The translations under genes were made by a program, and so were the position numbers. From Macrostomum hystrix (Eukaryota > Animalia > Platyhelminthes), in assembly GCA_950097015.1 (NCBI GenBank), contig CATNEN010000008.1:1-64000 (forward strand): 64,000 bases of DNA. Reading direction: 5' to 3'. Below, piece by piece: positions 12,701 to 24,934 of the stretch. Positions within the stretch are counted from its first letter, which is position 1, and every line of letters begins with the position of its first letter. The notes beneath the pieces are model-generated. The model did no database searches, was not told the DNA's origin, and saw only the letters and a list, made by a program, of their open reading frames with translations.

Positions 12701-13650
12701 TGATTACCGTTGCCTGGCAACAAGACTGCGTCCGCCCAGATGCTTGCCCCGGAGAATAGCACCGCCATGCAGTAGGCGGACAGGTCGAAGACATTGGCCT
12801 CTTTGTCCACCTTGATTAGACTGCCGCCGATATCTGCGCACCTCTGTCTGGCTGTCTCCCGGCCGACTGGCGAGTAGAAGCTGCTGAGACGGCGGTAGCA
12901 CTTGCCAGACACCGGCATGTAGGTCCACTCGGGCCCGGAGCACACCGCCGAGCCGCTCACTGGTGGCAGTCCGCTGACAGGCGATGAGCAGCCTTTGGGC
13001 CGAGATTGATGGCAAAGGAATAAAAATAGTTTTTGAGATGTACTGTAATCCCAAACGATAACTATGGGGATAGGGTAAGTTTGCAAGCTTTTCTGCCGAT
13101 ATTTTCCCATCGATTTCTGCCGGAGTAGTCATGTAATTATAACCCTTCAAATTTTTATCATTATTATTATTAATATGCACACTTTTAAGTGGGTGATCTG
13201 CAGAGCGGTCTAATGCATTTGCCTCTTGCGCCAAGGTCCCTGAGCTCGATTCCGCGGCGAGACCACATTTATTCGGGGCGCAGCCGCGAAGAGAAGGCTT
13301 GGGGGCTTGTCGTGCAATTTACGATAAGGGCCAACCTCCAAGGCACAGTGAGTGTGCACTGCTTGACGAGGAGAAAGTCAGGGCAGATGTACACCTCTGA
13401 GTGCGTACGGTATCTGTGTGCGTGTGTGCTCGGGAGTCAGCGAAATGGTCAGAATTTTAATTGCCTTTGTCTTTGAAATTTCTCAAGAAACTACAGTAGG
13501 CTGAAATCAAAGCAGACCGAAGAAGCTTACCTAATTTATTGTTTCCTTTGTTCTTAATTCCTTAAACAGTCCCCTCATATTCATAATTTTTTGCTTACCG
13601 ATTAGCCACGTAGAGATATAGAATGTTAGAAAGTAAATCTGATAATGCAT
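6780..13650 (-). CDS. Selectin-like type I membrane protein: signal peptide - C-type lectin - 4 sushi/CCP-like domains - TM (~600 aa)
   Basis: Phase-1 exon chain: 13650-13599 (MHYQIYFLTFYISTWLI), 12992-12708 and 12434-12222 (CTL: GKCY..ARQRCADIGGSL..WADA..GSRWIW..FW..C..MCER), 11300-11028, 10437-10198, 8721-8437, 7715-7439 (sushi, C..C..W..C), 6994-6780 (TM AVVIMIVVVFCVLVVAL + basic tail). Exon 7715-7439 is 1 nt out of frame. Confidence 0.8.
7778..8135. mobile_element. MITE-like element, TACAC-terminal inverted repeats
   Basis: TACACTTGACCATAGACAAAAAAACCAATC at left mirrors GATTGGCTTTTTTGTCGATGGTCGAGTGTA at right. Confidence 0.7.
8850..8972 (-). mobile_element. SINE fragment with B-box and CORE-like segment
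   Basis: Minus strand reads GAAGTTCGAATCTC then GTGTCCTTGAGCAAG, related to the family B central segment. Confidence 0.55.
8975..9008 (+). other. Degenerate spliced-leader (SL) exon-like relic
   Basis: TAAAGACGATCCCTTACTGCGAAGACTTCATTTA matches about 30/34 positions of the Macrostomum SL as I recall it (..TAAAGACGGTCTCTTACTGCGAAGACTCAATTTATTGCATG). The terminal ATG and donor are absent. The match rests on memory. Confidence 0.55.
9351..10071. mobile_element. MITE with TA-flanked terminal inverted repeats (Tc1/mariner-like ends)
   Basis: TACACCTTTTTGCGTTCAATTTCAACAAA ... TTTGTTGAAATTGAACGGGAAAAGGTGTA; arms contain repeated CAATTTAGACA / TGTCTAAATTG. Confidence 0.8.
10655..10928. repeat. 33-bp minisatellite with two alternating variants (66-bp dimer)
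   Basis: CTGGCCAATACC(AACTCCC/ATCTTCT)AGACATTCAGTAGG, about 8 copies. Confidence 0.95.
11405..11680 (-). mobile_element. SINE family A copy (5' truncated)
   Basis: Reverse complement matches 1960-2286 from the B-box region to the 3' end. Confidence 0.85.
11695..12170. repeat. 23-bp minisatellite GTGCTCACTACTTGATAATATCT
   Basis: About 20 copies abutting the truncated SINE A. Confidence 0.95.
13190..13460 (+). mobile_element. SINE family A copy (3' truncated)
   Basis: tRNA-like head (GCAGAGCGGTCTAATGC...GAGCTCGATTCC) plus the family A body. Confidence 0.85.
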
Positions 13651-13806
13651 GCCTGCAAAGATGACGTTATGTAAGAAATTTTCTAACACAGAAATATGAA
13701 GCCTATATTGACTGAGGGTAAAAACTGAACTTTATACACTGTGGGCAGCACACGAGAGAGAAAGGCAGTTTTCAGCAAAAATCGATAGGCTCTCTAGTGT
13801 TTGTTG

Positions 13807-13820
13807 GTTGCTATGGCAAC
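13807..13820. promoter_or_regulatory. RFX X-box consensus upstream of the selectin-like gene
   Basis: GTTGCTATGGCAAC fits GTYNCY-AT-RGNAAC and lies ~160 bp 5' of the ATG at 13650. Confidence 0.5.
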
Positions 13821-14218
13821 CAGTTCCCAACTTGTTTTAGTGAGACTATACAGGGGAGAGATGCTTTGGAACCGCCCGTGTTTGCTCAGCTGCCGGTTCC
13901 GCTCACCAAACCGGAGGTGGGTATAGTTTTGCGATGCTTATTCGATAGGTGAAAACTGCTTCGGGCATGAGAAAAGGTGGATGTTAAACACAAGTGCGGC
14001 TGCTTGTGGTGCCCAAGACTCTGAGTGAAACCCTACCTGTTTGTGTGTGTGTGAAACACCAGCTCTCTTTCAGTGAAATTTTGAGCTGTTTACATTAGTC
14101 CCATCAGGATCTTCTGCACTGCTTCGGCGGCCTCTGTTTTCAGTAATATATTATTCCAAGTCCCAGCTGGGACAGCGTTCTATCTACGATACTGTTTCTG
14201 CCACCTCCTCCACATGGA

Positions 14219-14500
14219 GGGGTTGTAGTCTTAGTGGTTAGTGCGTCGGACTCGCGACTTAAAGGTCGGGGAGTTCTCGCTGGGGAGTTCTCCCTTTTCC
14301 AGGACTACACTGAAAAAATTGTCCTTTAGCAAGACACTTGGACTCTGTGTTGCTTCAGTTCAACCAGCTGTTAAATAGGTATCTGAATTAGCTGGGGTAA
14401 TAAAGGTTGGGCGTGGCGTCCCCCCAGTCCATGGACTGAACAGCCGTACGCAGCCTCCAGATGCGCCGCGCAATAGCTGCGTCTGTGCTGTCGGCTGCAC
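14219..14500 (+). mobile_element. tRNA-derived SINE family B copy with CORE-like centre
   Basis: A-box head, GTCCTTTAGCAAGACACTT..CTTCAGTTCAACCAGCTGTTAAAT, and 3' body shared with 27045 and 54470. Confidence 0.85.
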
Positions 14501-14509
14501 ATCTACGAG

Positions 14510-16790
14510 TAGTAGACTGATCTGAGAATCTGGGAGAATAGGCAGACTAACCTGGGGATCTGGGAAAATGGGTAGACTGATTTGAGGATCAGGGAGAATC
14601 GGCAGACTGATCTGAGGATCTTGGAGAATCGGCAGACTGATCTGAGGATCTGGGAGAATCGGCAGACTAAACTGGGGATCTGGGAAAATGGGCAGACTGA
14701 TCTGAGGATCTGGGAAAATGGGCAGACTGATCTGAGGATCTGGGAGAATCGGCAGATTGATCTGAGGATCTGGGAGAATCGGCAGATTGATCTGAGTATC
14801 TGGGAGAATCGGCAGATTGATCTGGGGATGTAAGAGAATTCGCAGACTGTTCTGGGGATCTGGGAGAATCGGCAAACTGATCTGAGGATCTGGGAGAATC
14901 GGCAGATTGATCTGGGGATCTGGGAGAATTCGCAGACTGATCTGGGGATCTGGGAGAATCGGCAGATTGATCTGGGGATCTGGGAGAATCGGCAGACTGA
15001 TCTGAGAATCTGGGAGAATCGGCAGACTGATCTGAGGATCTGGTAGAATCGGCAGACTGATCTGAGGATCTGGGAGAATCGGCAAATGGATCTGGGGATC
15101 TGGGAGAATTAGCAGACTGATCTGGGGATCTGGGAGAATCGGCAGATTGATCTGGGGATCTGGGAGAATCGGCAGACTGATCTGAGAATCTGGGAGAATC
15201 GGCAGACTGATCTGAGGATCTGGTAGAATCGGCAGACTGATCTGAGGATCTGGGAGAATCGGCAGACTGATCTGAGGATCTGGGAGAATCGGCAGACTAA
15301 ACTGGGGATCTGGGAAAATGGGCAGACTGATCTGAGGATCTGGGAAAATGGGCAGACTGATCTGAGGATCTGGGAAAATCGGCAGATTGATCTGGGGATC
15401 TGGGAGAATTCGCAGACTGATCTGGGGATCTGGGAGAATCGGCAGACTGATCTGGGGATCTGGTAGAATCGGCAGATTGATCTGGGGATCTGGGAGAATT
15501 TGCAGACTGATCTGGGGATCTGGTAGAATCGGCAGATTGATCTGGGGATCTGGGAGAATGGGCAGACTGATCTGAGGATCTGGGAGAATCGGCAGATTGA
15601 TCTGGGGATCTGGGAGAATTCGCAGACGGATCTGGGGATCTGGGAGAATCGGCAGATTGATCTGGGGATCTGGGAGAATCGGCAGACTGATCTGAGAATC
15701 TGGGAGAATCGGCAGACTGATCTGAGGATCTGGTAGAATCGGCAGACTGATCTGAGGATCTGGGAGAATCGGCAGATTGATCTGAGAATCTGGGAAAATG
15801 GGCAGACTGATCTGAGGATCTGGGAAAATCGGCAGATTGATCTGGGGATCTGGGAGAATTCGCAGACTGATCTGGGGATCTGGGAGAATCGGCAGACTGA
15901 TCTGGGGATCTGGTAGAATCGGCAGATTGATCTGGGGATCTGGGAGAATGGGCAGACTGATCTGAGGATCTGGGAAAATGGGCAGACTGATCTGAGGATC
16001 TGGGAGAATCGGCAGATTGATCTGGGGATCTGGGAGAATTCGCAGACTGATCTGGGGATCTGGGAGAATCGGCAGATTGATCTGGGGATCTGGGAGAATC
16101 GGCAGACTGATCTGAGGATCTGGTAGAATCGGCAGACTGATCTGAGGATCTGGTAGAATCGGCAGACTGATCTGAGGATCTGGGAGAATCGGCAGACTGA
16201 TCTGAGGATCTGGTAGAATCGGCAGATTGATCTGGGGATCTGGGAGAATTCGCAGACTGATCTGGGGATCTGGGAGAATCGGCAGACTGATCTGAGAATC
16301 TGGGAGAATCGGCAGACTGATCTGAGGATCTGGGAGAATCGGCAGACTGATCTGAGAATCTGGGAGAATCGGCAGACTGATCTGAGAATCTGGGAGAATC
16401 GGCAGACTGATCTGGGGATCTGGGAGAATTCGCAGACTGATCTGGGGATCTGGGAGAATCGGCAGATTGATCTGGGGATCTGGGAGAATTCGCAGACTGA
16501 TCTGGGGATCTGGGAGAATTGGCAGACTGATCTGAGGATCTGGTAGAATCGGCAGACTGATCTGAGGAATCTGGGAGAATCGGCAGACTGATCTGAGGAT
16601 CTTGGAGAATGGGCAGACTGATCTGAGGATCTGGTAGAATCGGCAGACTGATCTGGGGATCTGGTAGAATCGGCAGATTGATCTGGGATCTGGGACAATC
16701 GGTAGACTGATCTGAGGATCTGGGAAAATGGGCAGACTGATCTGAGGATCTGGGAGAAATGGGCAGACTGATCTGGGGATCTGGGAGAGT
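14510..16790. repeat. 30-bp minisatellite GCAGACTGATCTGAGGATCTGGGAGAATCG
   Basis: About 75 copies; source of the 241, 523 and 576 aa pseudo-ORFs. Confidence 0.97.
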
Positions 16791-17228
16791 CAATAGACCA
16801 TAATAGTGTAGGAGAGTCAAAAACTGATCTGTCTTGCAATTCGTGGAAAATAACAAAACGTGTGACAAAAACGCTTCATTGGATAGGCTATTTCATTAAA
16901 GTGGCCAATTAGACGCCAAACACATGTGAATATAATAAATCCACTTTTCTAGTCCGTCAAAGTTTATTGAATGCAGTTTAAGGGCGAAAATGCAACAATT
17001 TGTCTAAATCTTAATTTAGCAGTAAGAAATTTGTACAGATTACTATTTCCAGTCAAATAGTAGCATATATAATGGGCCTACTGAGCTTCTTGGAATCAGA
17101 GGCAGTGGAATGGGGAGAATCAGGAACAGTGTGGGGAGAATGAGTGCAGAATCAGTGGCAGTGGAATGGGGAGAATGAGGGTGAGAGTCAGAGGCTGTAC
17201 TAAGTACTAAGAGAGCGCAGACGATAGT

Positions 17229-18501
17229 CTAAGAATGCTTTTCAGAGGCCGCTGTGGGCATCTGTCCGCGGACGTAGACATTGCCTGCGCTTTTACTTCG
17301 CTTCTTCTTCTTTTTTTTCTTCTTTCCGCTACTGTGCAATTTCTCACTGTCTGGCTGATCCAACATCTTCTCCTCATTGTCTCCACATCCCTCAGAGTTC
17401 TGTTCGGCACGGTCATGATCGCCTGTCTGAGAATCTCGCTTCTCCTTCTTCTTCCCCTTCTTCTGCTTCTGCCGGTCGTCAATCGGACAGTCGGTGGCTT
17501 CGCCAGCAGTCGGGCTAGGCACGGAGAAAGCGCGCAGCAGAAGATCGGCCGCTTGTCGATGCCTGCGGATGCAGGAAAATTCATTTTACACTCAAAAGCA
17601 AAAAAATAGACATTACGAGCAGGTTTCTTGAATTGACGACTCACCTGTCAGTCTCTTCAATAGTTTTACCAGCCAAGTTTTCGCCGTCCCCATCCGTTTG
17701 CTGTCGCCGCCTCTTTCGACGACTAGAAGCCGGTCGGGTGGCTGACGCCGCCTCCTCCCCGTCTCCCGGATCCTGTTCAATTATCGCGGCTTCCAATCTG
17801 ACGACGTCCGAGTCGACCTCGCCGATATTTTCGACCCGCACTGCGGCAGTTTCACCGCAGCCCTCGTCGTCACTTTCAACCTCGACGGCGTCGATTCGCG
17901 ACGGCAGCCGCTTGCCAAGTCGGCGCGCAGCGGAGCAAGCTGAACTGCCCGGCGTTGGCGGATAATCGCCTAAGCGTCGACGCAGCTTGGCGTAGGCATC
18001 GGTGGCGACGTCGGCGGCGGCTGCAGACAGGGCGCGACATCGGGCTAGAATGGCCATCAGGACGGTGTAGAGGCGAACCATGTGGCCCATGGCCAGGTAG
18101 GGCAGGATGAGGCGCGCGCACGAGTCAACAGCCGGCCGACAGGCGGCAAGGCAACGCCAACGATCCCGCAGGATTACGAGGACGCGAACTGCCGCCGACC
18201 GATTCTTAGGTTGATTAGAAACGTCGCCAACAACGACAGCGTTAGCGAAATCACGCAATCGATGTCGCTCATTGTCGTCGATTTCGACCAGCGCTCGACG
18301 AAATAATCGGCGAACTCTGTCAAATGAACGCCAGTGTAGGAAGTGTCGCTGCACGTGGCAGTATTTGACGCGGAGCTGGTCGATGAGGCGCAGTTCCTGG
18401 CGGGCCACTGGGCAGTCCAGCGTTTCCAGTAGGCGACGCATCGATTTGACGAAGGCAGCGGCGCTAGAATCGTCTGATTGGTCAGGTCGGTTGGACAACA
18501 T
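17229..18501 (-). CDS. NEPRO: NEPRO/RMP1-like nucleolar protein (RNase MRP subunit family), exons 18501-17645 and 17562-17229, ~396 aa
   Basis: N-terminal helical pattern QELRLIDQLRVKYCHVQRHF..FDRVRRLFRR..YLAMGHMVRLYTVLMAILARC resembles the Nepro_N/RMP1 domain. Phase-2 82-nt intron (AG|GTGAGT..CCGCAG|G) and Lys-rich C-terminus. Confidence 0.65.
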
Positions 18502-18621
18502 TCGTCAACCGGATTTGGTAGATGACGGCTCAACCCAAGAGAAGAAGGCTCAAAGAGCCAGCTGGGCTAATGAAGAATCGCTCGCGAGGGACAATGAACT
18601 GGCTGAAATGAAAGATACTGC

Positions 18622-19290
18622 TATGAAGGACAGGAAGAGGCTGCAGGGAAGGACAGGAAGAGGCTGCAGTGAAGGACAGGAAGAGGCTGCAGGGAAGGAC
18701 AGGAATAGGCTGCAGTGAAGGACAGGAAGAGGCTGCAGGGAAGGACAGGAAGAGGCTGCAGGGAGGGACAGGTAAGAGGCTGCAGGGAAGGACAGGAAGA
18801 GGCTGCAGGGAAGGACAGGAAGAGGCTGCATGAAAGGACAGGTAAGAGGCTGCATGGAAGGACAGGAAGAGGCTGCAGGGAAGGACAGGTAAGAGGCTGC
18901 ATGAAAGGACAGGTAAGAGGCTGCATGGAAGGATAGGAAGAGGTTGCATGAAAGGACAGGTAAGAGGCTGCAGTGAAGGATAGGAAGAGGCTGCAGGGAA
19001 GGACAGGAAGAGGCTGCAGTGAAGGATAGGAAGAGGCTGCATGGAAGGACAGGAAGAGGCTGCAGTGAAGGACAGGTAAGAGGCTGCAGGGAAGGACAGG
19101 AAGAGGCAGGAAGGACAGGAAGAGGTTGCCTGAAAGGACAGGTAAGAGGCTGCAGGGAAGGACAGGAAGAGGTTGCATGAAAGGACAGGTAAGAGGCTGC
19201 AGTGAAGGATAGGAAGAGGTTGCATGAAAGGACAGGTAAGAGGCTGCAGTGAAGGATAGGAAGAGGCTGCATGGAAGGACAGGAAGAGGC
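18622..19290. repeat. 23-bp purine-rich minisatellite AGGAAGAGGCTGCAGGGAAGGAC
   Basis: About 29 copies between the DCTD and NEPRO-like genes. Confidence 0.95.
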
Positions 19291-19755
19291 TAAAAAATCA
19301 ATAACGGATAGACTAACACTAGACATGCTTTGCAAACTTTTGAAGAAAAAAACTAGTGAAACTTTAAATGATTGCTTTAATTACTACTTGCAAGCAAGAA
19401 CTGTTAGTTTAGTACCTCTAAACAGGTAATCTTAAAAAACCTAAAATATTCTGTGTGCCATAAATTTGACACTTAAATTTAGAAATTAAAGTCGCGTTTA
19501 TAAATTTAAAAGCAAGTTTAGTGAAATGCAAAAAAAGTTACAATTTCTTTTAAAAAAGTACTTAATACTCGTAGAAAGCGAATAAAAATAATCTGCTTTA
19601 AAATGATGTAACAAAACCATGAGCAAAGAGTTGTTAAAATGGCATACAAAAGATTGGGATATATTTCCTAAATTAAACAGGGGAACCATCTTTCACCATG
19701 AATAAGGACATGATTACTTTCGATATAAGCAAGCTGCCTCGATTGGACATCTGCG

Positions 19756-22339
19756 TTAATCAGCTTGATCAACAGTTTCACTATTGAATTGAACAACGAT
19801 GCGCTGCCTATTCGACCTAAACTGACGCCAACTAACACCAGCCATGCTCAGCATGAGCTTTGAGGCTTCGGTACCGGGCTTGGCAGCATGTTTATCTGAC
19901 AAGTAGACTATATGTTTGATGCCAGACTGGATGATAAGCTTGGCGCACTCGTTACACGGAAACAGTGCCACATAGATTGTGCAATCGCGCACACTAGCTG
20001 AGTTCGAGTTCAATATGGCATTCAACTCGGCGTGGCAAACAAACAAGTGCTTAGATTCCAGAGATTTGAGATCATCTGGTTTGCCCCAGGGCATCAGCTC
20101 ATCAGGGCAGCCAATTGGCATACCATTGTAGCCAACCCCAACAATGCGCCGCTGCTGATCAACAATGCAGCAACCAACCTGGGTAACAGGATCTTTGCTG
20201 CGCTGCCCAGACAGACAGGCCACAGCCATAAAATAGTCTTCCCAGCTCAGGTAATCCTGGCGTGGACCAACCTTGTTATTTTCTGTTTCCTGGAATGTGA
20301 TATGAAGGAAGATTGATTGGAAGATGGGAAGTTTAATGTGGAAAAAATGATGACAAAATTCTTAACTAAGTGAGCAACTTAAAGCAATAAAGAACAGACT
20401 GAACTGTCAGAACTGCCATTTAATGGGTACATTAAATATACATTGTATATAATTGAACATTGTATAACAATATTGCAATTTTTCAATTTGCAATTTATGT
20501 GATTTGCATCAAGATATGTATAAAGTTTCATGCTATATCGCCTATATGGATAATCAAGTATATAACAGCACTCTTATGCCTGAGCTTAATAGTATGCAAA
20601 AGCAGCTAAAAGGCAGAGAAAGCAAAGTTTAAATGAGAATAGGGTAATGTATCATCGACCAAACAAGAATGTGTATTTTTTTAACTTCAAACCTAAGCTA
20701 CAGATTTTCTATTTAAGATATGATGATAAATCAAAAGCCAAGTTATAGAAAACAGTTACATCTTTCTAAAAAGTATCTGCTTTTGCATTTTATCAAATAG
20801 AAAAAAGTTATTCCTGCTTTTTATCTAAAACCAAACAATGTTTTCATATATCTTCAAACCAAACAGAGAATTTGATGTTTGGTTTTACAATTTGAGTGAG
20901 TGGTTTAATCTTATTTTAAGGAGTGAACTATCATGTATTATGTAATTTGAAAGCATTTTTCATGCTCTATAATTAACTACATTTATGGTCATTTAATTGG
21001 CAAGCAACCACATACAATCTTTGTCTAAAGTACATACTGAAAAAATGTTGTTAAAAAGTATGCTTTTGTAATAAAAATTTCTACTGAAACATCAATATCT
21101 TTCTTTCCTCTTAATGCTTCATTGCACATCATGCCTCAGCTTGTAGATAATTTCTTCAACTTTCAAATTAGTTGTTCTGTGAAACAAATTAAGCTTGTTT
21201 CTGTCTTGCACGAGACCAGGGAAGAAGTCAAAATTCTTGTTTGGTTTTGAAGATACACTGTTTGGTTGATGATAAATTACCCTATCTGAAAAAAATAATT
21301 AACTAATTTGTGTCTGATGTGTCAATTTGAAGCTAGGCCTATTTTTAGGTCTAACAGTCTAACACTGCAATAGACCTTAGAAACACATTTTAATATAGAC
21401 TAATATTAAAAGCTTACAAGTAGCTATAGGCCTACCAACCAAAACATTTATGTATATTAGATCTACAATTTAGATCCTACTCAACTTTGTCAACTACCAT
21501 TTTGTCATGGTAGCCCTGGTTGACTAAGTGACCAGAATTAAGGGGTGCCCTCATTTTTTGTTAATAAAGTGGCCAGAACTGCCAGGGCTAGAAATATGTG
21601 GTTGATGAAACGAAATGGCCAAGCTTTCTTGGCTTTTTTGTCAACTAGTTTTCAATGAGCTGCAGAATGCAACATGCAACATGCAAGTTGCTCTGGTATA
21701 GGAGGGGCAAAGTATTGAGTGGGTGAGTTGTCCATCCAAGCCTTTCTGCACTGCTTGTGCCCCTTGGTCACACCCCTCAGTTTGCGCACACAAAAGCAGC
21801 AACAGCAGCAGTAAATGTAAATAGCTTTAACTTAACTTAGGCCTACAATTGACAGTGACCAGATATTGAGATGGCCCAATTGACTAGGCCTAGTTGGCAA
21901 AGTGACCATATACAGGGATGAGTCCAGTTGATGACCATTTGATGAAATGGCAGTTGACAAAGTGACCAGCACCCTATAGGCTAGGCCTAGTCTAGGCCTA
22001 TGCAACTCATGACATGGCAAGCAATGCATCAGCTTTGCTAATATGTAAGTGACAGATTATACCATGGCAATCATGTCAGTATAGCTACTAGGACTACAAA
22101 AAGGATAATAAATGGCCTAACTAGCTATCATTTTTAGCTTTACTTTACTAAATTATATGTACACTATAATAATCTAGGCTTAATTAAACTTCATTCTTCA
22201 AAGCATTTATGCTTTGCAATAGAAAAATAGAAAAAATTCCGATGTAGATTCTTCGATTAAAATAATTTTCCTCTTAAGCAGAAGAAAATCTTACACTTAA
22301 GTCTTCAGATTGCTCCTCACTGCTCGTTCGCTCCATCAT
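19756..22339 (-). CDS. DCTD: dCMP deaminase; main exon 20289-19756, probable first exon 22339-22295
   Basis: DYLSWEDYFMAVA..RSKDP.TQVG.CIV..GYNG..VCHAELNAILN..YVALFPCNECAKLIIQSGI (HAE + PCxxC zinc site). Strong acceptor CACATTCCAG| at 20289; phase-0 donor AGT|GTAAGA at 22295 (tentative). Confidence 0.93.
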
Positions 22340-22374
22340 TTTTATTTTATTTTGAAGCAGTGGATGTTGACGTA

Positions 22375-22865
22375 TAAATCTTTCACCGCATTGTTTTCTG
22401 CATGGTTTTCCGCATGGTTTTTTTTCCTGTATTTTTGCATCATGCTGACTTGAATAAAGCACTCATGTGCTGCAATAATCCTTGGTAACATTTTTAGCAA
22501 ACATATGAAAGAGATTCTAACAACTATATCATACAAGATTATATGATACTAGGTCATATCTTACCAGATCATGCCATATCATACCATAACATGCCATATT
22601 ATACCATATCAGGCCATATAATACAAAATCATGCCATATCATACCAGATTATGCCATATCATACCATATCATACCAGATCATGTCATATGCTAACATATA
22701 GACTACTTCATCATACAAGATTAATACTATACCAGGTCATATCATACCATCCATTAAATTAAATTACAGTTTCACAGTAATTTTTACACCATACAAAATT
22801 TTTTTTATTTTTACACGAAAAAAAACCGTGCGGAAAACCATGCGGAAAACAATGCGGCGAAAGAC
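22375..22865. mobile_element. MITE-like inverted repeat enclosing a degenerate ~20-bp array (ATGCCATATCATACCAGATC)
   Basis: CCGCATTGTTTTCTGCATGGTTTTCCGCATGG (~22386) mirrors CCGTGCGGAAAACCATGCGGAAAACAATGCGG (~22826). Confidence 0.6.
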
Positions 22866-23454
22866 CCACTCATTGGATGTTGGCGTTAAAAAGCGCCAAA
22901 ATGCGTAATGCTTACACGTGCCTATTGATGTACGAGTTTTGTACCGCGAGCATTTATTTAGCTTACTCCATTGTTACTGTGTCGGATACTGTTTTAGGCT
23001 TTCTCTAATACACGGAAATAAGAGCTTATTATAAGATTCTACAAAGAAATTTTCTCTTTTCTGCACTTGTGGAACAAATGGTCAAATAATGGCCAATATT
23101 TTTAATTTGTGTATTTTGAATAAAAAATACCGTGGTCTTATTTTTGTTCGAATTTAACGACTCAAATACTTCTTTAACGACTCAAATGCTTCTTTAACGA
23201 CTCAAACTACGATACAATCACATAAGCGGTTTGCTAGTAGCTAGCACAATATCCTTTTGTGCTAGGGTAGTAGTATACAAGTGGAAACACCGAACCCATG
23301 TTCAGTCTTTGTCTTCTAACCAAAATAAGAAACAAAATCACACAAAAAGAACAGTTTTAGACTCTTAATTGTAGTTCATCAAAATGTCTAGAATTTCCTA
23401 CCTGATGAAATTCAAAATTATAGATTAAAGATTCTAAAACTAAAATTATAAAGT

Positions 23455-23735
23455 TAGTAATAAATAATAATAATAATATTTGCAGGAGGGCTGCGGGCAA
23501 CGGCACATCATTTGGTGACACTAGACAAGCAACCAGCAAGGAGGCGATTCTACCCCATCGCTGACTCCTAAACAAAACGCACACAGGTACCGTATGCAGG
23601 CACACGCTCACATAGGTGTGTACATCTTTCCTGACTTTTTGATCGTCAGGCACCAAATAAATGTGGCCTCGCGGTGGAATCGAGCTCAGGACCCTTGGTG
23701 CAAGAGGCAGACGCATTAACCACTCTGCCACTCAC
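23455..23735 (-). mobile_element. SINE family A, near full length
   Basis: A box TGGCAGAGTGG, B-box-like GAGCTCGATTCC, family 3' end and (ATT)n tail. Confidence 0.88.
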
Positions 23736-24934
23736 CTCCCTAAATTGACCTAACAGTTCATATAACGAGCGTAAAGAAAAATATTTATACTAACTGTTGT
23801 AGAATCACTACTAATCATATACCATGGTATCATCAGTGTTGCTTTTAAAAATGTTACTAAAACAATATACAAATACATGCAATTGAAGGGCTAAGTGAAA
23901 GATTGTAGTATTTTATGAAATATATATTTATAATATTAATAATAAACAGAACCGGATAAGGAAAACCTACTGAAAATAACAAACTGCACGCAAGGCGATC
24001 AAATATAAATGGGCACAAAACGGACTGTCAAAGATTTTACTTAAAATTTAGTTTTCCCCTCTTGCGCTACCGTACAATATGCTCTGGAATATATATGATA
24101 TGATATATGATAAAGTTGACATATTGACTCGAATAAATTGAACCGACTTACAATAGACCTTTTGATGCATTATTCTTACTTCAGAGCAACTTTAAGGCGC
24201 TAAACATTGAATAAGGGAGATCACAATAAGAAAACAAATTAAGAAATACTTGAGTAGATTACTAAGGCTATATCATATATATGATATACATATCATATGA
24301 AAGCACATTTTCAGAGCAGCTCAATAGTTTACAGCAAGAGAAAATAGTCATAGAGATTTTTGAATGACATTATTATTGATAGATTTATCTAGAAAACAAT
24401 AAAGTTTACCAGTATGGTTCTAACTTTTGACGACGCTGCTTTTGGCGCGAATTTAAACTGTAGAAGAATGCCGAGGGACAGAAATAACACAAAAACTATC
24501 TATGAAAAAAGAGGATAATAACGAAACGAAAATAAATCCAAACTAGATTTTTTGTATAGTTCGAAGGACAACATGAAATTAATAAAAACAGCAGGAAAAA
24601 ACACGACTTCTACCTTGACAGTATTCTGGTCGCGAAACAGTTGACCGACTGGATAAAAAACAAGCTTGACTTTCGCTGCTTTCTCCGCGATAAGCTTACT
24701 GGCAGTAGCATATTTCATTGCATTTCGTTATCGCAAGATAAATAAAAATGCTAAATGCATTGCGCCGCCGCTGACGATCATCAACACGTCGGAATCATCG
24801 ATTTCTTCGCCGGGTGAATAGTAAAACTGTACGTAGAAAACTAGTTAAACGACTTATGATAAAGTTCAAACTAAACGGGCTAAAAAACATGAAGGCGCAG
24901 CGCAATAAGATATCATGCTGAAAAAACATTATAA

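Noticed and set aside
14360-16868. 241-576 aa ORFs
   Set aside because: Entirely derived from the 30-bp minisatellite.
18530-19335. Cys/Pro/Ser-rich ORFs upstream of NEPRO-like
   Set aside because: Translations of the 23-bp array in several frames.
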